The position numbers and the translations under genes are program-made. Under the pieces are notes generated by a model. It was not told where the DNA came from. It saw nothing but the letters and a program-made list of their open reading frames with translations, and did not search any database. DNA of 64,000 nt. Source: a virus (taxonomy: Duplodnaviria; Heunggongvirae; Uroviricota; Caudoviricetes). The stretch covers positions 89,019 to 153,018 of the IMG/VR virus record IMGVR_UViG_3300012347_000364, one strand, 5' to 3'. Within the stretch, counting starts at the first letter, position 1, and each line of letters begins with the position of its first letter. This document shows positions 18,478-25,971 of this stretch, piece after piece.

Positions 18478-18690
18478 AAGCCCCCGCGGGGGGTATTTTC
18501 AAACCGGATTTGAAACCAAGGTACGCCGGTAATAGACCCCGCTCCAATTCCATCCGTTCTCTGAAATTTTTTTGCGGCACGAAACCGGAAATATTGCGTT
18601 TTTGTAATACAGAAAAACAATCCGACTTTGAGTCAAAACGTCGTCTGAAATTTTTTTGCGGGAAAAACAGCGAAAAATAGCGTTTCAAGA
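18478..18690. repeat. non-coding A-tract/palindrome element
   Basis: CCCCCGCGGGGG palindrome; CTGAAATTTTTTTGCGG direct repeat at 18561 and 18645; many A/T tracts. Confidence 0.6.
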
Positions 18691-18868
18691 AAAACGTTGT
18701 CTGCGATTCTTTTTACACGTATAATAGAACCATGAGCACATACTTTAGAAACCTAATCAAGCCTTTTATGGACTGGGCGATGCGTCTGGCTAAAAAGGAT
18801 TCAGACTTTTCCTATGCGGACTACGATGAGATGCGTAAAACGTATGACCGAATGTATGGAGATAAGAG

Positions 18869-19129
18869 ATGAGCGGATTTGCTTCAAAGCGTTTAATGGC
18901 TAGTGATAGGTTCTGCTATGACATTGAACAAGCAGCAGACGGTAGATGGCATACCGTTTACAGAGTTCCTGGTAGTACTCTGCTCTCAAGCATTGCTAGC
19001 GCATTAACAAAGCGTGGTGCTGAACAGATTGCTAGGGAAGAGAATGCTAAGATTAAACCTTCACAATATGTTGATCCCTATGATCGGAAGATTGCTAAGG
19101 GGTTCTATACAGACAAGGATGCGGAATGA
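18869..19129 (+). CDS. hypothetical protein
   Basis: ORF in array. Confidence 0.65.
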   Translation: MSGFASKRLMASDRFCYDIEQAADGRWHTVYRVPGSTLLSSIASALTKRGAEQIAREENAKIKPSQYVDPYDRKIAKGFYTDKDAE

Positions 19130-19308
19130 AGTATATTGTTGCATATGGTTTGGGTATTATCATTGGTGCGATTATGACAATGTGGATTGCTGTCCATGTA
19201 CCGCTTACAAAGGTTAAGGCATATGACCAAGCAATCACTGAATGTGAGAAGAGTTTACCACGAGATCAACATTGTACAATTGTAGCACTGCCAATATCAT
19301 ATGACTGA
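19126..19308 (+). CDS. small membrane-anchored protein, paralog of 795-971
   Basis: TM segment plus AITECEKSLPRDQHC. Confidence 0.65.
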   Translation: MKYIVAYGLGIIIGAIMTMWIAVHVPLTKVKAYDQAITECEKSLPRDQHCTIVALPISYD

Positions 19309-19498
19309 CAAATACAAAGGTATTCCGTTGCATCAGTGGAAGAATCCACGATTATTGATGCGCCTTACAGATGAAGAGATGCTAGAGTTGTATAGACTAT
19401 TGTATTCATACACTATAGACCGAGTAGATCAAATGATTGATGGTGGGCATGATCTTAGTGATGCCAACCAAGTTATTAGGAAAGTAATGAACAAATGA
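19301..19498 (+). CDS. hypothetical protein
   Basis: ORF in array. Confidence 0.6.
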   Translation: MTDKYKGIPLHQWKNPRLLMRLTDEEMLELYRLLYSYTIDRVDQMIDGGHDLSDANQVIRKVMNK

Positions 19499-19695
19499 GC
19501 CGCCTACGAGACCAATTTATTGCAGCGATTCCGTTTATCCAGGGAAAGAAGTATATCCTAGATGAATGCGTCGTTGCTGCTGGCCAGTGGAAAAAAAACG
19601 GGGGTCTTTCGGCGGAGGAGTACGACCAGATATTGGCAGCGGTCGCTAAAGCGCGTAGATTGAATGCTATCCTAACTAAGACTAAAATTAAATGA
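19495..19695 (+). CDS. hypothetical protein
   Basis: ORF in array. Confidence 0.55.
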   Translation: MSRLRDQFIAAIPFIQGKKYILDECVVAAGQWKKNGGLSAEEYDQILAAVAKARRLNAILTKTKIK

Positions 19696-20111
19696 ACCGT
19701 AATATGACTCTAGCTATCGCTGCTTTTCAGCGCGGTGCCGACCTCCACTCTCGCTTGGTTGATGTCCTACTGCGCACTGAACTGCTAGACGAGGATGGAT
19801 ATCCGACCGAAAATGCACTAACAATCATAGAAATCTGGCCATACACCGATTTTACTGGTTGGATGAAGTTTATTGAGTCGCTATGGGCATATCACGACTT
19901 TGGTTGGACAGAAGGTGAAGCCCCGCACGACTGGGACGAACACCGAACCGTCTATCGATACGACATCAGCACAGCTGGTTGGTCCGGTAATGAAGGAATT
20001 ATCAGGTCAATGGAGAAAAATAGCCTATGGGACTTCTATTGGGTGTCTAGCCGTCGTGGCGGACACTATGTTTTTGAACGAGATTGTGACGAAACTGTTG
20101 ACAAAGCATGA
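19692..20111 (+). CDS. hypothetical protein
   Basis: STAGWSGNE motif; ORF in array. Confidence 0.7.
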   Translation: MNRNMTLAIAAFQRGADLHSRLVDVLLRTELLDEDGYPTENALTIIEIWPYTDFTGWMKFIESLWAYHDFGWTEGEAPHDWDEHRTVYRYDISTAGWSGNEGIIRSMEKNSLWDFYWVSSRRGGHYVFERDCDETVDKA

Positions 20112-20126
20112 AAATTTTGTTATAAT
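20098..20126 (+). promoter_or_regulatory. consensus sigma70 promoter
   Basis: TTGACA-17-TATAAT upstream of the DUF932 gene. Confidence 0.8.
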
Positions 20127-20160
20127 AACGTTTCTGATATAAATTATGGAGTAATTGAAG

Positions 20161-21111
20161 ATGGCACACTTGGTCGAAACAATGGCATATGCAGGCGAAA
20201 CCCCATGGCACGGTTTGGGTACTAAAGTACCAGCTGACTTGAGCCCTGCACAAATGCTGGAAAAGGCTGGTTTGGATTGGACAGTTGAGAAGATTCCAGC
20301 ATTCGCCGATATTAATGGCAAACAAGTGAACGTTGGTTGGTCTGCACTGACACGTTCTTCCGATGATTCTATCTTGGGCGTTGTTTCTAACGACTGGAAC
20401 CCCGTACAAAACAGCGAAGCATTCGAATTCTTCGACGAATACTGCCGTGCTGGTGATATGGAGATGCATACTGCCGGTTCTTTGAAGGATGGCCAGATCG
20501 TTTGGGCACTTGCCAAGGTGAAAGAATCGTTTGAGCTGTTTAAGGGTGACCAAGTTGATTCATACTTGCTGTTTACAAACCCACATCGCTTCGGTCAATG
20601 TATCGACGTTCGCTTTACGCCAATCCGCGTCGTTTGTAATAACACATTGACGTTGTCGTTGAACCAAAAAGCCGACCGTGTTGTTAAGAAAAACCATCGC
20701 TCAGCATTCGACGCTGCTACAGTGAAAGAAACATTGGGCATTGCTACAGAGAAATTGGCAAAATACAAAGAGATGGCTGCATTCCTTGGCAGCAAGAAGT
20801 TCAATCACGAATCTGTTACCGATTACTTCAATCGCATTTTCCCAGTGATTGCATACAACAAGGAAAAGGGTCCACAGCGCAAAGAGCTGTCTAAGTCTGC
20901 TACACGTGCTTTGGAAGTACTACATACCCAACCTGGCGCAACATTCGCCGAAGGCTCTTGGTGGCAAGCATTTAACGCAGTGACATATTTGACCGACCAC
21001 GAGATTGGCCGCTCTGCAGACACACGCTTGCAATCTGCATGGTTTGGCGCTAATAAAAACCTCAAAATTAAAGCATTGGAGACAGCCGTTGAAATGGCTG
21101 AAGTAGCATGA
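20161..21111 (+). CDS. DUF932 / phage-plasmid-like protein (TIGR03299 type)
   Basis: MAHLVETMAYAGETPWHGLG...PIRVVCNNTL...SWWQAFNAVT. Confidence 0.85.
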   Translation: MAHLVETMAYAGETPWHGLGTKVPADLSPAQMLEKAGLDWTVEKIPAFADINGKQVNVGWSALTRSSDDSILGVVSNDWNPVQNSEAFEFFDEYCRAGDMEMHTAGSLKDGQIVWALAKVKESFELFKGDQVDSYLLFTNPHRFGQCIDVRFTPIRVVCNNTLTLSLNQKADRVVKKNHRSAFDAATVKETLGIATEKLAKYKEMAAFLGSKKFNHESVTDYFNRIFPVIAYNKEKGPQRKELSKSATRALEVLHTQPGATFAEGSWWQAFNAVTYLTDHEIGRSADTRLQSAWFGANKNLKIKALETAVEMAEVA

Positions 21112-21359
21112 TTGAAATGAAAGAACTCACGGTTGCATATGTGCTGCAACCATTAACAGACGATGAGCTAATGCCCGAATGGCTTGATCCGGCAAACGCT
21201 GCTCTCGGTCGCAACGGTTGGTTCGCCTACTTGCAAGGCCCCAACGTTGCAGCATCGCTTGGTCCATTCGTTAGCGAAGAGCTAGCAAAGACGTCTTGTG
21301 AGAACTATGTACGATACATGATCGAAACCAAACAGGTTAAAAATCCAAACGATGAATAA
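21108..21359 (+). CDS. hypothetical protein
   Basis: Overlapping start/stop. Confidence 0.65.
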   Translation: MIEMKELTVAYVLQPLTDDELMPEWLDPANAALGRNGWFAYLQGPNVAASLGPFVSEELAKTSCENYVRYMIETKQVKNPNDE

Positions 21360-21648
21360 AATTGTAGCACTTCTGTTGACTGTGGCTAGCACCATGGTGT
21401 ATGCTGATGATGTCTATCGCGTCGTCCGCAACGATCCTGCCTATACTGTTAGCACTGAGCCTGTACAGGTGTGCCAGCGTATGGGTGCATATGGTGCGCC
21501 GATGTGTGATACTTTCTTCAATAAGGTGAAGGTGCCAGCTAATGGCTATCACGTTGTTGTGTTGAAAGATGGTTCAAAGGATGAAAAGTTCTTTGTATCG
21601 GAAACACCCTACGTTGTAGGGTCTCTTGTAATTAGTAATAAGGATTAA
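21352..21648 (+). CDS. secreted/periplasmic protein
   Basis: Sec signal peptide MNKIVALLLTVASTMVYA; Cys pair. Confidence 0.7.
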   Translation: MNKIVALLLTVASTMVYADDVYRVVRNDPAYTVSTEPVQVCQRMGAYGAPMCDTFFNKVKVPANGYHVVVLKDGSKDEKFFVSETPYVVGSLVISNKD

Positions 21649-21650
21649 TA

Positions 21651-22178
21651 ATGAAAAAACTCTTAGTTTTGGCTGCAGCATTGTTTGCATTCGCAGCACA
21701 AGCTCAGCACTCTGTGTCTTATGACGTTGGTACTGCTCGCGATTATCGCACACAAGCAAAAAGCAGCGTGCAATACACACGTGGCAACATCGATGTTGGT
21801 AACGGCTACTCTGTTGGCTTGCTTTCACGCACTCAACGCTACTCTGCTGACCAAGCAGTTGTTGGCGCTACAGAAGGCGTTGTGAAAAAAGCAATCGGCA
21901 ACGGTTACGTTGGTATTGGTGCTGGCTATGATGCTGGCCCAGCCGTATCTTATAGCATTGTTACAGCTGGTTACTTTTTGCCGGTCGGTGCAACGGGTGC
22001 TGGTGCATTCACAGGCATTCAAGTTAACACACACCCTACAAAACGCCATCACCAAATTGCATGGTTGGGTTACTCAATTCCAGTAACGAAGAATGTTACC
22101 TTCAATCCAACAGTTGCACGTAACTACGGCGACTTTACGGAAAATGAAGTTACGTTGGGTCTCGCTTACACATTCTAA
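21651..22178 (+). CDS. outer-membrane beta-barrel protein
   Basis: Signal peptide MKKLLVLAAALFAFAAQA; amphipathic strands; C-terminal BAM-type signal VTLGLAYTF. Confidence 0.75.
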   Translation: MKKLLVLAAALFAFAAQAQHSVSYDVGTARDYRTQAKSSVQYTRGNIDVGNGYSVGLLSRTQRYSADQAVVGATEGVVKKAIGNGYVGIGAGYDAGPAVSYSIVTAGYFLPVGATGAGAFTGIQVNTHPTKRHHQIAWLGYSIPVTKNVTFNPTVARNYGDFTENEVTLGLAYTF

Positions 22179-22197
22179 GCAAACACAACAAAAAGTC

Positions 22198-22221
22198 AAA
22201 GGGAGCGTTGTCTCCCTTTTT
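22198..22221 (+). terminator. rho-independent terminator
   Basis: AAAGGGAG-CGTTGT-CTCCCTTT-TT. Confidence 0.75.
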
Positions 22222-22265
22222 CTTTAGCTATATAATTTCATGTGAGCACAATCATGTGAGCACAA
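22208..22265 (+). promoter_or_regulatory. promoter with tandem 14-bp operator-like repeat
   Basis: TTGTCT-17-TATAAT (22208-22236), then TCATGTGAGCACAA twice (22238-22251, 22252-22265). Confidence 0.6.
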
Positions 22266-22334
22266 CTGCTCCCCCGAATCTGTCTTTAATTAATAGGTTG
22301 CTAGACAGACAACCGTAACAATCAGGAGTACATA

Positions 22335-23180
22335 ATGATGTATAAAAACCAATTCGTTGCCGCAATCAAGTCTGGTAACAAAGTTCTTCGCGAAGTGGGC
22401 GATACAGTCTACCTTCCATTCGGATGTGAATACGCCATCCTTCTCAAAAACCTCAACATAGTTCGTGCTGAAGTCAAAATCACAATTGATGATGAAGACG
22501 TCCTTGGCGGCAACACGATTGTCGTTAATCCAAACAGCGACCTAGAGCTCGAGCGTTTCCTCAAAGACCTTACTAAAGGCAATCGATTCAAATTCATCGA
22601 GCGTTCTGCATCTGTCGAACAACATCGCGGTGTAGGTGCTACCGATGGCTTGATCCGTATTGAGTGGCAATTTGAGAAGCCACGGCCAATTTTCAACACC
22701 CAACCATATCCAAATCCAGGATGGATTACTGCTAGCAGTTCGACTACCAGCTACAACGTCAATGGTTTGATGCGCTCGGTAGATTTCAGCAAAGGTGAAG
22801 CTACTAAAGCATATGCATCCGCAGCTGCGGACGTTACCTTAGCACAGATGGGTTATGCGACTAACAGCGAAGTACATGACGGGATGGCTACTATGGATTG
22901 GATGAGCGTAACATCTCAGAGCGTCAGCATGCCTGTTAATGATGTTGGTATTACCGTTCCTGGATCTATGTCTGATCAAAGGTTCACTGCAGTTGCTGCT
23001 TTCCCTTTAGAGGAACAAAAACACGTAATGGTGTTGCAACTCAAGGGTGAAACGTTGGATAATAAGGTAACTGCTCCACTAACTGTTAAGGCAAAACCAA
23101 AATGTGTTACGTGTGGTAAAGTAAACAAGGCAACGGCAAAGTTTTGTTCCAATTGTGGAACAGCACTTGAAATCGTATAA
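22335..23180 (+). CDS. hypothetical protein with C-terminal double zinc ribbon
   Basis: CVTCG...FCSNCG; AGGAG SD. Confidence 0.75.
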   Translation: MMYKNQFVAAIKSGNKVLREVGDTVYLPFGCEYAILLKNLNIVRAEVKITIDDEDVLGGNTIVVNPNSDLELERFLKDLTKGNRFKFIERSASVEQHRGVGATDGLIRIEWQFEKPRPIFNTQPYPNPGWITASSSTTSYNVNGLMRSVDFSKGEATKAYASAAADVTLAQMGYATNSEVHDGMATMDWMSVTSQSVSMPVNDVGITVPGSMSDQRFTAVAAFPLEEQKHVMVLQLKGETLDNKVTAPLTVKAKPKCVTCGKVNKATAKFCSNCGTALEIV

Positions 23181-23188
23181 GTATAATT

Positions 23189-23404
23189 ATGGAAACGCAT
23201 AAAAGAACCATAACGCGAATGATCACGTACCGTCTTACGGCGTGGTTATTCACGATACTTTGGACATACCTATTCACCGGAGACCTCGGTAGTGCAACTG
23301 GGTTTGCAACAGTATTGCATATCTTGCTTAGCATCGATTACTATATCCATGAGCGTGTGTGGCTGAAAATAAAGTGGGGAATAAAACATGATGACAAACT
23401 ATGA
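23189..23404 (+). CDS. DUF2061-like small membrane protein
   Basis: ETHKRTITRMITYR...YYIHERVWLKIKWG. Confidence 0.75.
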   Translation: METHKRTITRMITYRLTAWLFTILWTYLFTGDLGSATGFATVLHILLSIDYYIHERVWLKIKWGIKHDDKL

Positions 23405-24095
23405 ATTCCCTCCAGTAAAAACATACTGGCTGCGAGAAGAAATTCCAATTGCCGATGATTTAATGTCATATGCTCCAAAACTGCTAGAGGAATTTTTAGC
23501 GTATCATCAGGATTTTATTGAAGGGGACTTCCTTAAAGGCCGCCCATACACAAACCCTTTTGTTGACATTAATAAAATCCAGAATAGGGATTTTGCTTGG
23601 AAGCTTGAAGGGTTTAAGTATACCTTCAAAGCAAAGGATCTTCACCTCGACTTGCTGAGCGACGAGGATACGCAGAAGCGATTTCCAACAGCAGTTGCAT
23701 TGACGAAGAAGTACAACGACGTGTGTGCAAGCAGTAGTTATTCTATTCTTGAAAGAAATAACATAATTACAAGACATACGGGAATTGAAAATAGGGATAA
23801 TGAAATTATCCGAATTCACATTCCGTTGCTTGTGCCGCCAGGAGACATCTTTTTTGAAGTTGAAGGAATCGAGATTGACTGGAGTGATCTTTTTGGTTTT
23901 GATAACCAACTCGTTCACAGCGCTCATAATACAACAAACAACCGCCGCCTCGTGTATCTAATCGATATCAACAGAGAATATCTCGGTATCCCTATTGGTG
24001 AGAAGTATTCGTTCACTAGAGAACAAAACTGCCCTCCTTTTGTTCGAGGAGCAAAACCAAAAGTACTTCACGCTAAACAACGCGCAGTATTGTAA
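23388..24095 (+). CDS. Asp/Asn beta-hydroxylase-like 2OG-Fe(II) oxygenase
   Basis: ITRHTG...IRIHIPLLVP...FGFDNQLVHSAHN...RLVYLIDI. Confidence 0.8.
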   Translation: MMTNYEFPPVKTYWLREEIPIADDLMSYAPKLLEEFLAYHQDFIEGDFLKGRPYTNPFVDINKIQNRDFAWKLEGFKYTFKAKDLHLDLLSDEDTQKRFPTAVALTKKYNDVCASSSYSILERNNIITRHTGIENRDNEIIRIHIPLLVPPGDIFFEVEGIEIDWSDLFGFDNQLVHSAHNTTNNRRLVYLIDINREYLGIPIGEKYSFTREQNCPPFVRGAKPKVLHAKQRAVL

Positions 24096-24169
24096 ATAGA
24101 GTAACGCTAAATTAATTTAAACCGAAAGGAGGCTATCATGCGAACGTAGATTTTTTACGGAGGTATGAT

Positions 24170-24490
24170 ATGTCGAGAACATATAGAAGAAAGTCAGGCG
24201 ACCAAACCAATCTCAATTGGGCTACACATGAGTTCAAAAGATTGCCTGGTACCTGGCATTGGGAGCGAGTACCGTTAGATCCTCAATCCAAAGAGTATAA
24301 GGCCAGTGTTGCAAGATACTATTCAGATCGCCAGTACACATTCAAAGAACCAGGCCCGTCTTGGTTCCGTCGATTGTTTACAGAACGTCCGCAACGACGT
24401 CACGCAAAACGCGAACTGAATAAATATTTGTTGGATCCAGATTATGAGGTTATCCTCAACGAAAAGGATCCATTGGAATATTGGACTTAA
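24170..24490 (+). CDS. basic hypothetical protein
   Basis: GGAGG SD; MSRTYRRK... Confidence 0.7.
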   Translation: MSRTYRRKSGDQTNLNWATHEFKRLPGTWHWERVPLDPQSKEYKASVARYYSDRQYTFKEPGPSWFRRLFTERPQRRHAKRELNKYLLDPDYEVILNEKDPLEYWT

Positions 24491-24494
24491 AAAG

Positions 24495-24560
24495 AATTGT
24501 TGTAATCCCTTCAAAGCGAAGGACTTCTGGACGCGGGTTCGACTCCCGCCATCTCCACCA
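24495..24560 (+). ncRNA. ssrA: tmRNA acceptor piece (3' tRNA-like half) of a permuted two-piece tmRNA
   Basis: GGAC-GCGGG-TTCGACT-CCCGC-CATCTCC-ACCA (T-arm, acceptor 3' strand, encoded CCA ending at 24560); 5' boundary approximate. Confidence 0.9.
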
Positions 24561-24570
24561 AAAGAAAATT

Positions 24571-24759
24571 ATGAAATTATTTGCAAAAACTAGAGATAAC
24601 CAAATCGTAAAAGTTATTCGTGCTGGTAAAACCATTTACGGAGAACGAATGGTTTTAACTGAGATAGAAATGAACTCTATCAAAGTGTATCGGTTTGTTG
24701 GTCAACAGGATATGTATACAATGCTATGTGATGAACATGGGAATGAAGTTTTCTTTTGA
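24571..24759 (+). CDS. 62-aa ORF inside the tmRNA intervening segment
   Basis: ATG 24571 to TGA 24759 fills the spacer between CCA and the 5' GGGG; no SD, A-rich leader. Confidence 0.55.
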   Translation: MKLFAKTRDNQIVKVIRAGKTIYGERMVLTEIEMNSIKVYRFVGQQDMYTMLCDEHGNEVFF

Positions 24760-24760
24760 T

Positions 24761-24927
24761 GGGGATGCCATGGTTTCGACAGGGGTAGATAGTAGAGACG
24801 GCAACACGGTAGGCGATGACCGCAAATCAAGCAAATAAAGTAAACGCAAACGACTCAAAGTTCGCATTGGCAGCCTAAACGCTGACTAGGGTTTCGGTAG
24901 GTTTCCTCGTAACAGAATAACCTACCA
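24761..24927 (+). ncRNA. ssrA: tmRNA coding piece with proteolysis tag (A)NDSKFALAA
   Basis: 5' GGGGATG pairs with CATCTCC, including the G3.U70 Ala identity pair; GGTTTCGAC D-loop mimic; tag GCA AAC GAC TCA AAG TTC GCA TTG GCA GCC TAA at 24846-24878. Confidence 0.92.
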
Positions 24928-24944
24928 CTAATAAGGAGTAGAGA

Positions 24945-25565
24945 TTGCTTAGAGTTGTAAACACCGAATTCATCGGACCATCAGTTCTAACCAAGCCAGT
25001 AGACGATAGTTTATTTACTTGGGAAAACATCCAGTACTTTGATAATGACGGCTTTCAACTAAGCAAACTTGAACAAGAATTCTATAAAGCCAATGGCGTA
25101 GAGCTCAATTACATTAATGGAGTGTGGGGTGCTCAAACACCTTGGATAACTGGCGTAGATCCGCATTTTGTTGTTGATCATAGCATGTTAGTTACTCGCT
25201 GCTGTTATAGCGGCGAAGCATTAGCACAGATCAAACGTTTCGCTACGCCAGATAAATTCCCATACCTAATGAAGTACACAAAGATTCGCCCTAAGTGGGG
25301 AATCGACTTTGCACTCGAATACTTTAAGGGTGATGAATTTATGGAAGTCCTACACCTTGAGCTGGACTTCCACGACGCTAGTACAGCACGAACGATCAAG
25401 GGGTTCTATGAACATCGCTTGCTAACTACAGATTGGGAAGAGCTTGTGATGAGCTTAACTGAGCTAAAAGATCAGTGGGATATTCTTGAGGGAATGGAAC
25501 GCAATGACTGGAAAGCTAGGTTCTGGGGAATGACGAAAGCTGAAAACATTCTCAAGGTTGTATAA
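24945..25565 (+). CDS. conserved hypothetical phage protein
   Basis: AAGGAG SD; TTG start. Confidence 0.7.
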   Translation: MLRVVNTEFIGPSVLTKPVDDSLFTWENIQYFDNDGFQLSKLEQEFYKANGVELNYINGVWGAQTPWITGVDPHFVVDHSMLVTRCCYSGEALAQIKRFATPDKFPYLMKYTKIRPKWGIDFALEYFKGDEFMEVLHLELDFHDASTARTIKGFYEHRLLTTDWEELVMSLTELKDQWDILEGMERNDWKARFWGMTKAENILKVV

Positions 25566-25568
25566 ATA
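25561..25568 (+). promoter_or_regulatory. T4-type late promoter
   Basis: TATAAATA. Confidence 0.7.
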
Positions 25569-25654
25569 CCACACGTTGCCCATTAGAGGCCCCGTATGGT
25601 TTTGCAGTACCATCAAAGAAACTGCTATTCACACACAATCACAAGGAGACTAAA

Positions 25655-25861
25655 ATGTCCAAAACACCATACGAAATCCGTCTGGATTTAATCAAAATCG
25701 CGCAAGATCAACTGAATCAAAAATATTACAATCAGTTTCAAGTGAAGCAACACAATGCTCAGGTTACTCAGCAAACTCTTAACGAAGTACCGGACTTTCC
25801 AAGTTCAGAACAGCTGTTAGTAGAGGCTGAAAAGCTGAAATCATTCGTAGATAAAGCGTGA
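25655..25861 (+). CDS. conserved small T4-like phage protein
   Basis: MSKTPYEIRLDLIKIAQD...AEKLKSFV; AAGGAG SD. Confidence 0.75.
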   Translation: MSKTPYEIRLDLIKIAQDQLNQKYYNQFQVKQHNAQVTQQTLNEVPDFPSSEQLLVEAEKLKSFVDKA

Positions 25862-25863
25862 TT

Positions 25864-25885
25864 AAGGGGCCGAAAGGCCCTTTTT
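25864..25885 (+). terminator. rho-independent terminator
   Basis: AAGGGGCC-GAAA-GGCCCTTTTT. Confidence 0.85.
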
Positions 25886-25971
25886 GCTTCTCTACCAACA
25901 GCTAACAAATAGCTGTAGCCATGTACCGATGTTTGGGGTATAATGGTAAGTTAACAAACAAGGAGGTTATT

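Larger units (their letters stand above)
7953..18725. repeat. dispersed family of about 20 early promoter/RBS cassettes (PeSL-like)
   Basis: Consensus GTTG(A/T)CC-N17-(T/G)ATAAT-AGAGTCAT-(A/C rich)-AAGGA. The -35 boxes on + are at 8021, 8558, 8904, 9590, 10392, 11084, 11319, 11558, 12484, 12982, 13559, 13963, 14881, 15531, 16418, 16662, 17158, 17613 and 18697; one copy is on - at about 7981. Many carry an upstream TAAGCTTAC/TACCCATAC...AAGGTTA element. Confidence 0.9.

Noticed and set aside
7953-18725. CRISPR array interpretation of the dispersed repeats
   Set aside because: Repeats are degenerate, irregularly spaced (about 200-900 bp), separated by full ORFs and carry -35/-10/SD elements; no cas genes.
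24525-24560. Stand-alone tRNA gene
   Set aside because: Only a T-arm and 3' acceptor strand are present, with no D or anticodon arm; the complementary strand lies downstream at 24761, so it is the tmRNA acceptor piece.
24481-24570. N-terminal extension of the 92-aa ORF in the track (24481-24759)
   Set aside because: It overlaps the tmRNA acceptor piece; ATG 24571 is the more plausible start.
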